From contig NC_058369.1 in NCBI RefSeq assembly GCF_018350175.1, positions 14,262,001 to 14,322,000 of the forward strand: 60,000 nucleotides of DNA, written 5' to 3'. The stretch comes from Felis catus (Eukaryota). Position numbers and translations under genes: made by a program. Positions 36,739 to 48,775 of the stretch are shown piece after piece. The notes beneath the pieces were generated by a model, which was given only the letters and a program-made list of their open reading frames with translations, did not search any database and was not told where the DNA came from. How positions within the stretch are numbered: position 1 is the first letter of the stretch; the number at the start of each line of letters is the position of its first letter.

Positions 36739-36872
36739 TGAGGTGCTCAGTCCCCCTCGGGCCCCCGCCAGGCCACCAGGCAGGTCCGGCCTCCGCCCAT
36801 CTGCTGCCAGGTACAGGGGTGGCGGCGTCTTGTTGGCAAGGTGACTTGGTGAGAAGAGAGGGTGTGCCAGGC
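36739..36872 (-). CDS. MEF2B: MEF2B exon LAHPLFSPSHLANKTPPPLYLAADGRRPDLPGGLAGARGGLSTS
   Basis: ttcAG / TCA|GTGAGT, 134 nt. Confidence 0.93.
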
Positions 36873-37043
36873 CTGAAGAGCGGGAGACCCCAGAGAGAGG
36901 GCACGTGGCCTGTCATCCAACGAAGTCTGAGGTCCAGAGGTGATACACACAGGCAAGCAGCGCCAGAGCCAAGATCCCCCCCCCTGCAAGCCTCCCTGGG
37001 ACTCCCACCTCCTTCTCCCCCAGGGCCTCTGCCCCATGCTCAC

Positions 37044-37191
37044 CTGGGGGCCCAGCTTTGGGGGCTGCTGGCCGGAAAGGGGATGGGCGGCTCTGGGCCG
37101 GCAGGGCCTCCCCAAGCCCACTGGGGTCACAGCCTGGTGGGGGCAGGGCCCCATATACCATGTCCGGGCTGGGCATAGTAGGGGCTGCTGG
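37044..37191 (-). CDS. MEF2B: MEF2B exon PAAPTMPSPDMVYGALPPPGCDPSGLGEALPAQSRPSPFRPAAPKAGPPG
   Basis: ctcAG / G|GTGAGC, 148 nt. Confidence 0.94.
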
Positions 37192-37380
37192 CTGAGGGCA
37201 GAGAGGACGGGATTGGTTGGAAGCACGTGGAGATGAGGGGATTCAGTCCAAGACAGAAAATCAGGGGCCAGCCTCCACCTCTGGAAGCCTTGCTCCTCCT
37301 CCCTCTGGCCTACCCCCGTATGGCTGAAGGAGACTGTCTGGGGCCGTCACTTCTTGACAGGCCCGGAGCTGAAGCTTCTT

Positions 37381-37607
37381 TTTTTTTTTTTTTTTTTTTT
37401 TAATTTTATTAACGTTTATTTATTTTTGAGAGAGACGGAGCATGAGCAGGGGAGGGGCAGAGAGAGACGGAGACACAGAATCCGAAGCGGGGTCCAGGCT
37501 CCGAGCTGTCAGCACAGAGCCCATTGTGGGGCTCGAACTCACGAACCGTGAGATCGTGACCTGAGCTGAAGTCAGCCACTTAACCGACTGAGCCACCCAG
37601 GCGCCCC
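37381..37607 (-). mobile_element. Felid Can-SINE with TSD in a MEF2B intron
   Basis: ggagctgaagcttctt on both flanks. Confidence 0.95.
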
Positions 37608-37906
37608 TGGAGCTGAAGCTTCTTACTCAGCACAGACTTGGCACTGAGGAGGCTTCCCAGAGTGTTTGATGAATCAAATAAATACAGTGGGAAGGAAATG
37701 GTTGTCCATTGAACTCTTATTCATCCTTCAAAGCTGCAGCTATAATGCCTACTCCTCCAGGAAGCCTTCCCTTTCCACCTAGGCAGAGATCTGCTTCCAG
37801 ACTCTAGGCTTCTTGGCCTTAGGTCCCTGTCTTAGTCTCAGCCCTAACCACTTGGGCCTAGGAGGTGAGGGAGGGCCCCTTCATAGTGGCACAGGGAGTC
37901 ACTTAC

Positions 37907-38041
37907 ATAGAGCCGGGGCCGGGGCAAGGCTGGGTCACCCCCATCACCTGCCAACCTCCGCACCTTCTCTCCTGGCCCCTCAGGCCCCTCATCTGGCTCC
38001 AGCTCTGGTCCATCGAGGCCCACACCTCTCCGCTTCAGTGT
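37907..38041 (-). CDS. MEF2B: MEF2B exon TLKRRGVGLDGPELEPDEGPEGPGEKVRRLAGDGGDPALPRPRLY
   Basis: ccacAG / TAT|GTAAGT, 135 nt. Confidence 0.95.
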
Positions 38042-38977
38042 CTGTGGAAAGAGGAGACAATAGAGTGACTCTCCCTCCAGCCTAGCCAGGGAACCTGGTT
38101 CTAGAGGAGAGGGGAGAGCCCTACCCATCCAGCTGTGTGGGTGGACAGGAGTGCAGGCACAGCCTGTTCCAGCCAGATCCCATTGGCCAAAACCCGAGTG
38201 CCTGATCACCCAGTCAATTCCAGAGAGGCCCAGGTTACACGGTGGGGGCTGAGATCCACCAGGACCTGCTGGCACTGTCCTAACACTCCTCCTGAATATG
38301 GCCCTGGTGCTTCTGTTCTGCACTCACGTGCAGCGTCGGGGCCTGGAGTGCAGTAGGTGTTTAATAAATGCTGGCAGACTGAGCACCTGAGGACAACTTG
38401 ATAGGCCTTCCTGAGCTGCTTCCTCCTGGACCTGCCCATTCCTGGACCCCTACCTCTCCTTTGACAGCTTCTCCTCACCCTCCTGAAACATTAGGGGTCC
38501 CCAGACGCCGTCCTAGGCCTGCTGGTCTCTCCAGCTCTGTGGCTTTAGCTTCCCAACTTGCATACAAATTCCCATATCCAAAGGGACAGTGATCTTGACC
38601 ATCCGCTAGTGCACAGGCTGCTTCTGCCTCTTTCTCCTGAGGACCCAGCAGCTCAGACAAAAACACTCCTGGACTTCAGTGAGGTGGGCTTGCTCACTGG
38701 GACACTGGGACACTCAATGTGTCCTTTCGGTTCTGTTTCTGGACACCCCAAACAGGTGACAGGATTAAATGAGATGATGTGCGAAAGAGACACAGCGCAG
38801 CCCTCGGTGCACAGTGACTGATGTTTTTATTTCTACTCTTCAGGCAGCTGACCCTGGGAGGGACCCTACATGACCTTGCACCTGCTTTTACCAGCAGTAA
38901 AGCCAATTTGCAACACTCATCTATTGTGCAAACCAGGAGTCCCCAGGCTCCAAGCGAGCACAGTGAGCTGGACCTCA

Positions 38978-39283
<306 letters not shown>

Positions 39284-39367
39284 TCACTACTCCCTGAGCA
39301 GGCCTTACGATCCCGTGCCTGGCACCTGGTCCCTCTTTCACACTTCTCAACCTGACAAACTCCTAGT

Positions 39368-39580
39368 TTTTAAAATTTTTATTTACTTATGTATTTATTC
39401 ACAGAGAGAGCACACAAGTTGGGGACAGGGGCAGTGGGAGAGAGAGAGAACTTAATAAGCAGTCTCCAGGCTCAGTGCAGAGCTCGATCGATTCAGGGCT
39501 CGATCCCATGACCCTGGGATCGTGACCTGAGCTGAAATCAAGAGTCAGAAGCTCACCCGACTGAGCCACCCAGGCGCCCC
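39368..39580 (-). mobile_element. Can-SINE in a MEF2B intron
   Basis: tcaacctg(a/g)caaactccta on both flanks. Confidence 0.9.
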
Positions 39581-40027
39581 TCAACCTGGCAAACTCCTAC
39601 TGGTGCTTCAAAGACCCAGCCCAAATGTCCTCTCCTTTTGGGAAGTTTTCCTTGGTCTCCAGGACAGAGCCTACATTCTCTCTCTGAGCTTCCTCAGGTC
39701 TGTGCCTCCCTCTGGACCAGCCCTGTGAGTTGGGTGTGTTTGTGTCCAGCTCCATCTCTCCTATGACTGGGGCTTCAGTCATCAGGGAGAATAAATGAAT
39801 AAACCATCATGAAAATGAGCAAATGCTACATTTCAAACTGCGGACACCACATCAAGTTTCCCCAATCCCCTGTAGCTCCCCCAGATGGCTGTATCCCCTG
39901 TAGCTCCCCCTTGCCAAGGGGGATTGGGGATTGTTTCCCCAATCCCCTGTAGCTCCCCCTTTGCCCAGGCTGTATCCACTGCCAAGAATGCCTTTCCCCT
40001 GACCACTGTTGTACCCACTGAACTCAC

Positions 40028-40081
40028 CTGCCGATTCCTTTGGTCCAGAATGCGTGAGATCTGGATTTTTTTCCTCCCCAT
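40028..40081 (-). CDS. MEF2B: MEF2B first coding exon MGRKKIQISRILDQRNRQ (exon extends as 5' UTR to 40110)
   Basis: ATG at 40081-40079, CAG|GTGAGT donor, acceptor ccccccaAG at 40111-40112; CDS totals 1107 nt = 368 aa + stop. Confidence 0.97.
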
Positions 40082-40360
40082 TGTCCCAGGCTTGGTGGAG
40101 AGAACTTGGCCTTGGGGGGAAGGAAAAGAGGACAGAGTGGGTACAGGAGAGAGTGAGACCAGGCATCCAGCCTCCCCTCTGTCTTCCACCTGCATCCGCC
40201 AAGCACTGAGGGGAAGATGTTGGGGGAAATCAAGGCAGGCTGGGTCACCTCCACAGCCCCCACCCTCAACCAGCCCAGGATAGAGTACATGCTCAGTGAA
40301 CACCTTTGGACCAACTCCACACAAAGAGAAGGCTGACCAAGGGCAAAAGATAGAGGCACA

Positions 40361-40808
40361 GGGGCGCCCGGGTGGCTCAGTTGGTTGAGCGTCTGACTTT
40401 GGCTCAGGTCATGATCTCATAGTTCATGAGTTCGAGCCCCACATCGGGCTCTCTGCTGTCAGCAAGGAGCCCGCTTTGGATCCTCTGTCCCCCCGTCTCT
40501 CTCTGCCTCTCCCCCACCTGTGCACATGCTCTCTCTCTGTCAAAAAAGAATAAATATTTTAAAAATTAAAAAAGAGAAAGTTAGGGGCGCCTGGGTGGCG
40601 CAGTCGGTTAAGCGTCCGACTTCAGCCAGGTCACGATCTCGCGGTCCGTGAGTTCGAGCCCCGCGTCGGGCTCTGGGCTGATGGCTCAGAGCCTGGAGCC
40701 TGTTTCCGATTCTGTGTCTCCCTCTCTCTCTGCCCCTCCCCCGTTCATGCTCTGTCTCTCTCTATCCCAAAAATAAATAAACGTTGAAAAAAAATTAAAA
40801 AAAAAAAA
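40361..40808 (+). mobile_element. Two tandem Can-SINEs (about 40361-40572 and 40584-40808)
   Basis: two heads; aaaagagaaagtta flanks the second, near-consensus copy. Confidence 0.93.
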
Positions 40809-40847
40809 GAGAAAGTTATCCTCTTTAAAAAAAAACAACTTTGAAGT

Positions 40848-40849
<2 letters not shown>

Positions 40850-40878
<29 letters not shown>

Positions 40879-41288
40879 TTTTAACATTTATTTACTTTTG
40901 AGACAGAGAGAGACAGAGCATGAACGGGGGAGGGTCAGAGAGAGACAGGGAGACACAGAATCCGAAACAGGCTACAGGCTCCGAGCTGTCACCACAGAGC
41001 CCGACGCGGGGCTCGAACTCACGAGCCGTGAGATCATGACCTGAGCCGAAGTCGGACGTTTAACCGACTGAGCCACCCAGGTGCCCCTGAAGTTTATTTA
41101 TTTAGAGAGAGACAGAGTCAGCACAAGTAGGGGAGGGACAGAGAGAGAGGGAGACAGAGAATCCCAAGCAGGCTCCACACCATCAGCACGGATCCTGACA
41201 CGGGGCTCAAACTCACGAAATTGTGAGATCCTACCCGAGCGGAAATCAAGAGTTGGACACTTAACCAACTGAGACACCCAGGCGCCCT
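40850..41288 (-). mobile_element. Two tandem Can-SINEs in the opposite orientation (about 40850-41087 and 41095-41288)
   Basis: two reverse heads; tgaagtttatttattta repeated. Confidence 0.93.
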
Positions 41289-41311
41289 GAAAGTTATCCC
41301 TCTTAAAAAAC

Positions 41312-41314
<3 letters not shown>

Positions 41315-41356
<42 letters not shown>
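41315..41356. repeat. (GA)n microsatellite
   Basis: perfect AG run. Confidence 0.92.
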
Positions 41357-41361
<5 letters not shown>

Positions 41362-41949
41362 TTACAGATGCCCCACCCCTACCTCTAAAACACAACAAGC
41401 TGGTAATTGTAGGACCTCCAGGGAGCCTGACCTCCCTACGCCCCCCTGTGTGTGCAGTGGGGATAACAGTGTCATGATCAGCCCAGTGTTGTCAGGAGAT
41501 AAAATAAAGTAGCCCATGTGAGGCATTCAGATCTGCCCGACACACAGGTGCCACATAAGCACCGCTATTACGAATACTGGCAACAGCCTAAAAGCCCTTG
41601 ACAGGCCAGGTTGGAGGGACCTCCGATACTGATATCTGGCGGCTCTAAGGATACATTGTTCACTGAATCACTAACCCTGAGCCACTGGAAGAAAGCCTGG
41701 TCCCCACGTTGGACACCTTTAACTCATTCAATCCTATAACAGCTCCCCAACAAGCAAGATTGAGGGCTGTGTTTACAAGTAAACACATATTTAAACATTG
41801 CATTGAGAGGAGAAAAAAGACTAGAAGGAAATACACAAGATAGGAGTCACTGCTGGGTGGAAATTTATGGGTGAATTTTCCCTCCTTTTTTAAAAAGTTG
41901 ACATGCGATCACACAACCTAAAATTAACCATTTTAAAGTGTGCAATTCA

Positions 41950-42069
41950 GGGGCACCTGGGTGGCTTGGTTAAGCATCTGACTCTTGATCTTGGCTCAGG
42001 TCATGATGTCACCATTCGTGAGTTCAAGGCCCCCTTTGGACTCTGCACTGAGCATGGAGCCTTCTTGGG

Positions 42070-42115
<46 letters not shown>

Positions 42116-42925
42116 TTTCTCTGCCCCTCCACACTTCTGCCCCTCCCACACTTGTGTGTGCTCTCTCTCTCTCGCTCTCAAAATAAATAAATTAATTTAA
42201 AAAAAAAAAGTTCCTTCTAGGGGCACCTGGGTGGCTCACTCGGTTGAGCATCCAACTTCAGCTCAGGTCATGATCTCATGGTTTGTGAGTTTGAACCCTG
42301 CATCAGGCTCGCTGCTGTCAGAGAAGAGCCTGCTTCGGATCCTCTGTCCCCCTCTCTCTGCCCCTCCCTTGCTCATGCTCTCTCTCTCTCTCTCTCAAAA
42401 ATAAACAATGAAAGAAAAATACCTTCTAAAGTGTGCAATTCAGTGGCATTTAGTGCATTCACAGTGTTGCACAACCACCACCTCCAGGTGGTTCCAGAAA
42501 TTTTTGATCCCCCAAAAGGAGACCCCATGCCTATTAGCACTCACTCCCCATGTCCCTCCCCCAGCCCCTGTCAAGCACTAATTTACTTTTTGTCTGTATG
42601 GATTTGCCTGTTCATGGCAATCATACAATGTGTGGATGGAATCATACAATGTGTGGCCTCTGGTGTCTTTTTTCTTCCCTTTTTGATTTTCTGAATTTTC
42701 TAACTTTCCCCTCTCTTATTCTTAAAAGAATAACAGGTTGGGGTGCCTGGGTGACTTAGTCGGTTAAGTGCCCAATTTTTTATTTCAGCCCACGTCATGA
42801 TCTCATGGTTGTGAAACTGAGCCCTACGTCCTGGGCATAGAATCTGCTTAAGAGTCTCTCTTTCTCCTTCTCCCTCTGCCCCTCTGCTGCTGTCTCTCTC
42901 ACTCTGTCTCTTTCTTAAAAAAAAA
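41950..42925 (+). mobile_element. Three Can-SINEs (about 41950-42208, 42220-42415, 42740-42925) interrupting a minus-strand old L1 3' fragment
   Basis: SINE heads; taaagtgtgcaattcag duplicated near 41934 and 42427; L1M-like ggcatttagtgcattcacagtgttgcacaacc. Confidence 0.85.
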
Positions 42926-45900
42926 TTATTTATTCATTGATTTATATGTAACAGGTGGGAGGAGGTCTGGACAACCAGAAAAGACCTCAAGTTTGGAGCC
43001 CAGACAAGGGTTTGGGCCCGAGTTCTGCTTGAGAGAAACCTTGGAACGTTCTCATGAGGACCTTGGATCTCCCTGGAGGGGTGCTCAAGGGTGAGAATGG
43101 GTAGGCCTTCCCCAGTGCTCCCCATTCAGCAGGGGTGCTGGGAACAAAGGAGTCACATTGCCCATAGTGGGGCACTCACCCCACTCTACAGCTCTCAAGG
43201 GGGGCATCCAAGACCCCCTCCACCAACTCTATGACCACATGACCTCCCAGCCCCTCTCATGTCACGGGTGACTGAGGCTTCAGGTGAGTGGCGTGCCCAG
43301 GGTCAGGTAGGTGGGCCTGTGCTCAGGTCCCAGACAGCCTCTGACCCACTTGGCAGTCCTCAGCAAGGGAAGCCTCTCCCTAGGCCTCAGTTTGCTGTTC
43401 TGTGGTTGGGCTGGGTATAAAATGCGGAGCACCTGACACAAGGCCTGGGAATGAGCTCTTGGGAAGTGGAGGAAAATGTGGGTCCATCTCCAGGAGCAGC
43501 CGTACCTGCTTCCCAGACTCCAGTCTCAGGAGTTTGGGCAGGACCCTCAGAGTCCCAGGGCCCAGGAGTGTTAGACACTGTCATATGCGGCCTGCTGTGT
43601 GACCCTAGGTGTGCCCTCCACTCTCTCTGGTCTGTGTCTCTGAGAAGTCACAACTATGCAGAGCCAGGACCCATGGGAGCCCCAGCCCCGGCCCCCTAGC
43701 TCCAACTTGACTTGCTAAATTTAACTTCCCAGGCTAATTTTAATCCCCGGCCGGAATCGGGTGCGTTCCCACGACTGGGACATGTTGCCCCCGCCCTGAC
43801 AGGTCCCTGGGGACCGGAGGGGGGCACTGGTCCGGAGGTCCTGGTGCCAAGGTGGCTCCGGAAATGCCCCCGTGCCTGGGGTCCCATGGGAACAAGGGAC
43901 TTAGACGTGAGTCTCCGGGCCTGGAAGATTCGAATCTTGACCCTTTTCAAACTGGACCCTTTCCTCTCCGTCCCCAGTTTAGACAAGGACGTCCTGGCCA
44001 GGGTAGAGTTCACATGACGAGGGAGCTCCAAGAGCCAGAAGGCCGGGGTTGGCGGGGGGGTGGGGGTCTCTCTGCACTGAGACTCAAAAGCGGAGGCAGG
44101 AAGTGAGTTCCATTTAGAAGCAAGAGCAAAGGCCCTGAAGGACACACTAACAAGGAGGCCAGGAGGAGAGGCCACAGACGCAGGGCCTCTCTGGGTCCTC
44201 TGAGCTGTGAGGAGGACTGTGGGTTTTGGTCTAAGAGGGACAGAGGGCTCTGAGAGGGTTCTGAGCAAAAAGGGACGGAGGTTTGATTTATCATTTAAAA
44301 ACTTTAGCCACAGCTGCCATGGAGAGCAGGACTGTTGGAAGCCGGGCTAGAGACGGCAGGAGACTTGAGGAGTAGACCAGGGCTGTGTCCATCTGGGCAG
44401 AGGCAGGGGGTGAGGCCCCCTCTGTCCTAGGCTGGCATCATACGCTTTAAGTCGCTGTGCTCCAGGGGTCTTTGGTTCCTCTGGATGCTACCAGACCCTA
44501 TGGCATCTCTGGGGCCAGGCCTGACAGATGCCGGTGGGCTTATGCAGGGCTTTGACTCTTCTGAGTCTTGTGATCCTGAAACCCCCAATCCTCACCCAAG
44601 AACCAAAGTCATCTCCATTCTGGCCCTTAAGGGATCTACCCAACACACAGCTCTGATCATACCCCTTCCTGCTCACACACTCTCCGTGGCTCCCCTCTGC
44701 CCTCAGGGGAAAGTTCTAGTCCCCAGCCTGGCATTTGAGGCCCTGCCCCAATCAACCCCTGCCCATCTTAATCTACCTTCAATGAAATGACTCTGCTTGG
44801 AAAGCCCTTTTTTCACTTGGCCAACTCCTATTCACACTTCAAAACCCAGCTCAAAACATTTATTCCTCCACGAAGCCCTCCCCGCCCTCACTCTGGATTC
44901 CTACAGCTCCCGAAGTTTCCCTCCAGTTTTGACCCCATGGAGCTAGGGGTACGTATATCCGGCTCTGTCTCCCTCAGGCTGGAAGCCCCTCATAACCAGA
45001 TTTAGTGAATGGAGCAGGTCAAGAGAGACTCTGAACTCCCCCCAGCTTCCCTCAACAACTTCCTCTCAGACTCCCCCAGCTGACTCCCTACCCAGAAATA
45101 CATGGGCATGCAAATCCAGTCACTCAGCATTGACCTGTCTCAAGCCCAGGTGTGAAGGGCCAGCCAAGGAATGCGGAGGCGGAAGGCCCAGGGTGTGCAT
45201 ATATATTTGTACTCACATGCAAATCCCCACTGAGCCGCAGACAGACCCGGTGGCCTGGTCTCCAGATGTTGGCGTGATCGGAACTGCTGGGGGGAGGTGG
45301 CAGCACATGCTGAATGTGCCAGGCACGAGGGGGGAGGCCTCTTCTGTGCACACATTCCCCACCCCCACCCCCCAAAAGACATCCCGCCAGAAAGCAGAGA
45401 GCTTGTAGCATCTGCCCAGCAGAGAAGCAGAGAAAGGGACCCATTGACCTGGGAATGGAGCAGCGAAGGAGGATCAAGAGAAACCCAGGAAGGCATCTCA
45501 GAGGAGGAAGCATGTAGTTGGGCCTTGGTGGACGGGCTGGATGGGGGCCTGAGCAGATGGCCAGGGGGTGGGCATTTGAAGCCGAGGGTCCAGCACCTCC
45601 CTCCCTTTTTCTTCACATCCTCATACTTAGCAGGTATGAAGCATCAACCATGTGCCAACCACTGTAATAAGCTGACCACAAAGGAAGTAGAAAGTTTAAG
45701 TAGACCAATGACCATAGAAGATTAGAAAAGTGACACGAGACCTACCATTAAAAGGACAACAGGAAAAAAAAAAAAAAAAGGACAACAGGACCAGATGGTC
45801 TTAAAGGTTCTTTTATCAAACCTCAAGGAAGAGGCAAGTGCAATGTTGTTGAAACTAACTCAGACCTTCGCAAACAATGGGAATCGCCCCAGTCATTTTT

Positions 45901-46329
45901 ATGAAACTATCGCATGTCAGAACCCGACTAAGTCCAAATCAAGAGAAATACTGACCCTGAGAGGGGTGAGCCAGGGATTTCAGAAAAGACCTCTCCGAAG
46001 AGGTGAGATTGGAGCCAAGACCTGAAGCACGAGAAAGAGACAGCCAAGCAAGAGAAGAGCCAGTAGCGGGAAGATCGAGGGGGGAAGGGTGTTCCTGGCA
46101 GGGGGAACTCCAAGGGCAAAAGTCTGCAGCGATCATGAGTTTGGCATTTTAAAGAAATCGTAGAAGACTGTGTGGCTGGACAGCATGGCAGTGGGGAGAG
46201 GGAGAGAGGTGGTGGTGGGGAAGACTGCAGGGGTGAAGACTGCAGGCTTTACTCCGAGGTCAACGAAGAGCCATGGAGAGTTTGGGGGCACAGGACATAA
46301 TTTTACAGTTTTAAAAATCCCCGTGCATT

Positions 46330-46940
46330 CTCTTACATTGCTGGTGGGAAGGGAGAGAGGTAGAGCCACTCTGGAAAGCTATCTGGCATCTGCTAAAGCT
46401 GAATATACATCTTCCCTATGACCCAGCGATCTCTCTCCTCAGTATTCACCCAAGAGAAATGGATCCATAATTTACCAAAGGCCAACACCGACAAGAGTGT
46501 CTTCAGTAGCTTCGTTCATCATGGCCCCAAGCTGGAACCCACCAAATGCCCTCAATGGGAGAACCAGTTAGTACTTTCTGGTAGATTCTATGATGGACTA
46601 CTACACAGCACGGTAAAAGGATGCACTCCAGATCCACGCAACCACACAGGTGAATCTCTCAGACCACACGCTGATTCAACAATGCTGGACTGGACAGAGG
46701 GGACACGCTGTATAATTCCATTTACGTGCAGCTCTAGAGTAGGCAAAGCTCACAATGGTGAACGTCACACGGTGGCCATCCCAGGCAGGGTGCCATGACA
46801 GAGCAGTGGGGGTTTCAGGGGTTCCTCCCTGGTCCAGAGTCCGGGTACACAGACGTGTTTAGTTTGTGCCAATGTATTAACCCTACTCCAATGATTGGTG
46901 CATCTTTCTCTCTATGATTTATCTCAACCAAAAGATTTTT
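46330..46940 (+). mobile_element. Old L1M(E)-type 3' fragment
   Basis: acattgctggtggga..ccactctggaaa..ctatgacccagcgat..tataattccatttac..aggcaaa. Confidence 0.65.
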
Positions 46941-48585
46941 TTTTTCTAAAGCTTCTCCTGCTCATGACTGCTGTGGGGAGTAGCGTCTAATAAGGAGGGC
47001 AAGGAAAGGCCCGGACAGGTGTCCAGTGGGAGACATGAGGCCTGAACTAGGACGGGGGCAGAAGTGGAAGGACTGCTTGGCAATCAAAGGGCCAGGATGC
47101 ACTGGTGGCAAGCTTCTGGGGGGAGGGGGAGGAGCCCAGGGTCCCAGGCCTGAGCACTGTGCAGGGGAGGAATGGAGAGGACAAAGGAAGATTTCATGAG
47201 TGCCTGGTGGTCACTAAGTCAATCAACAAACACCTCTGGGGTCCTTGGGGCCGTAGACTGTCACCTCCCAGGCCTGGCAAGATTATTTAGCACTTTGGTG
47301 ATAGAGATATGGGGCTGAGGAAGAATGCCACCCTCCCACGGATGGTTCACCTGTGTCAGTCTCCCCAGCGGGGGGCTCAGTTTTCTCACCTGTAAATGGG
47401 GGTGACAATCCTTCTGCCACCAGTTGGGGAGAAGCGGATGGTGGATGGCTCTGCTGACCTTATCTTCTGGCCTTCCAGAAGCCAGAAGGAAAAAGGGCCG
47501 GGCCTTGGAACGGGGGGCGCTGAGTCAGCATGCCATCTTGCAAGACCACAGCAACACTCACACGGTGACACGCTGGGTGACATCGAGCCCCCATTTCCTT
47601 CCCCCATAAAATGGGTCACAGAATTCTGACCTCAAAGGCCTTGAAGCAAGGGTTTGAGAGAACAGATCAGGGGTCCATCAAGTTCCCCTTCTTGGTTCCC
47701 AGTGGGGCTTTAACGAGGGGACGAGTGGCGAGTCACACTGCCAGACCCCTGAGCCCAGAGGCCACAGCTTGTTGGGGCACCCGCACCGGGAAAGGAGGGG
47801 AGGAAAGGAGAAGTGAGAGGCAGGTGGGTGGCGGGGGGGAGGTGAGGGCCCGCGGGACGCGGCGAAGCGGGGAGGGGGCGCTGCTCCTGGGTGGCTGCAG
47901 CGAATCAGGCCTGCGGCCCCGCCTCACGCAACCCAGGCGGTGGTTTCATCACCTGCTCCCCAAGTACCTCATTACAGGCAACAGGAAGAGCCCCTTGGAA
48001 ATCCGGGACACCCCCCCCCCCATCTCTTGAGGGCTCAAGCAGTTCTGACCCCAGCTGCCAGCGACCCTCCCCTCCCCAGCAGGGGCCCTGGGTCCGCCTC
48101 CTACCCTGGGGGCCTAGGGAGATGGTGCCCCAAGTGGGGGGCCTCTGTGGGTGACCTAGAGGCTGGCTCAGCCCACAGTGGTCCCTGAGGGTAGGTGGGT
48201 TCTGGCAGTGACTCTGGTGTCGCCAAACTTCTGTGGGCCTCAGTTTCCTCCACCAGAAAATGGGGAGAGTCAGAGCCAGTGAGCCCAGGGACAAGGCTTC
48301 ACAGTAGGGGGTCTATACATGCCCTTCCCTCCTACCCTGCCCGGGGAGCTTTTCTGGTCATTGGGCCCTGACCTTCGGTCATCTCTACTCAGCCCTGGGA
48401 GGTGCCCAGATCAGAGCAAGGGTCCTAGGCAGATCCAGGCAGGAGGACTGAGGAACAGGGACGCAGGGATAAAGCCCATTCCTCAAATGGACAGATGAGC
48501 GTAGGGAGATTCCATACATAAGGAGACCCCCAAACACATGCAGAGCCCCTCAAAATCCACAGATGCTTAAAACATATACAGATCT

Positions 48586-48775
48586 GGGGGCGCCTGGGTG
48601 GCTCAGTCGGTTGAGTGTCCAACCAGCTCAGGTCATGATCTCACCATTCGTGAGTTTGGACCAGGCATTGGGCTCACGGCCGTCAGCGCAGAGCCCGCTT
48701 TGGATCCTCTGTCCCCCTCTCTCTCTGCTCCTCCCCAGCTCACACTCTCTCAAAAAGTAAACATTAAAAATAAAA
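48586..48775 (+). mobile_element. Can-SINE
   Basis: consensus head and tail; taaaacatataca flanks. Confidence 0.88.
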
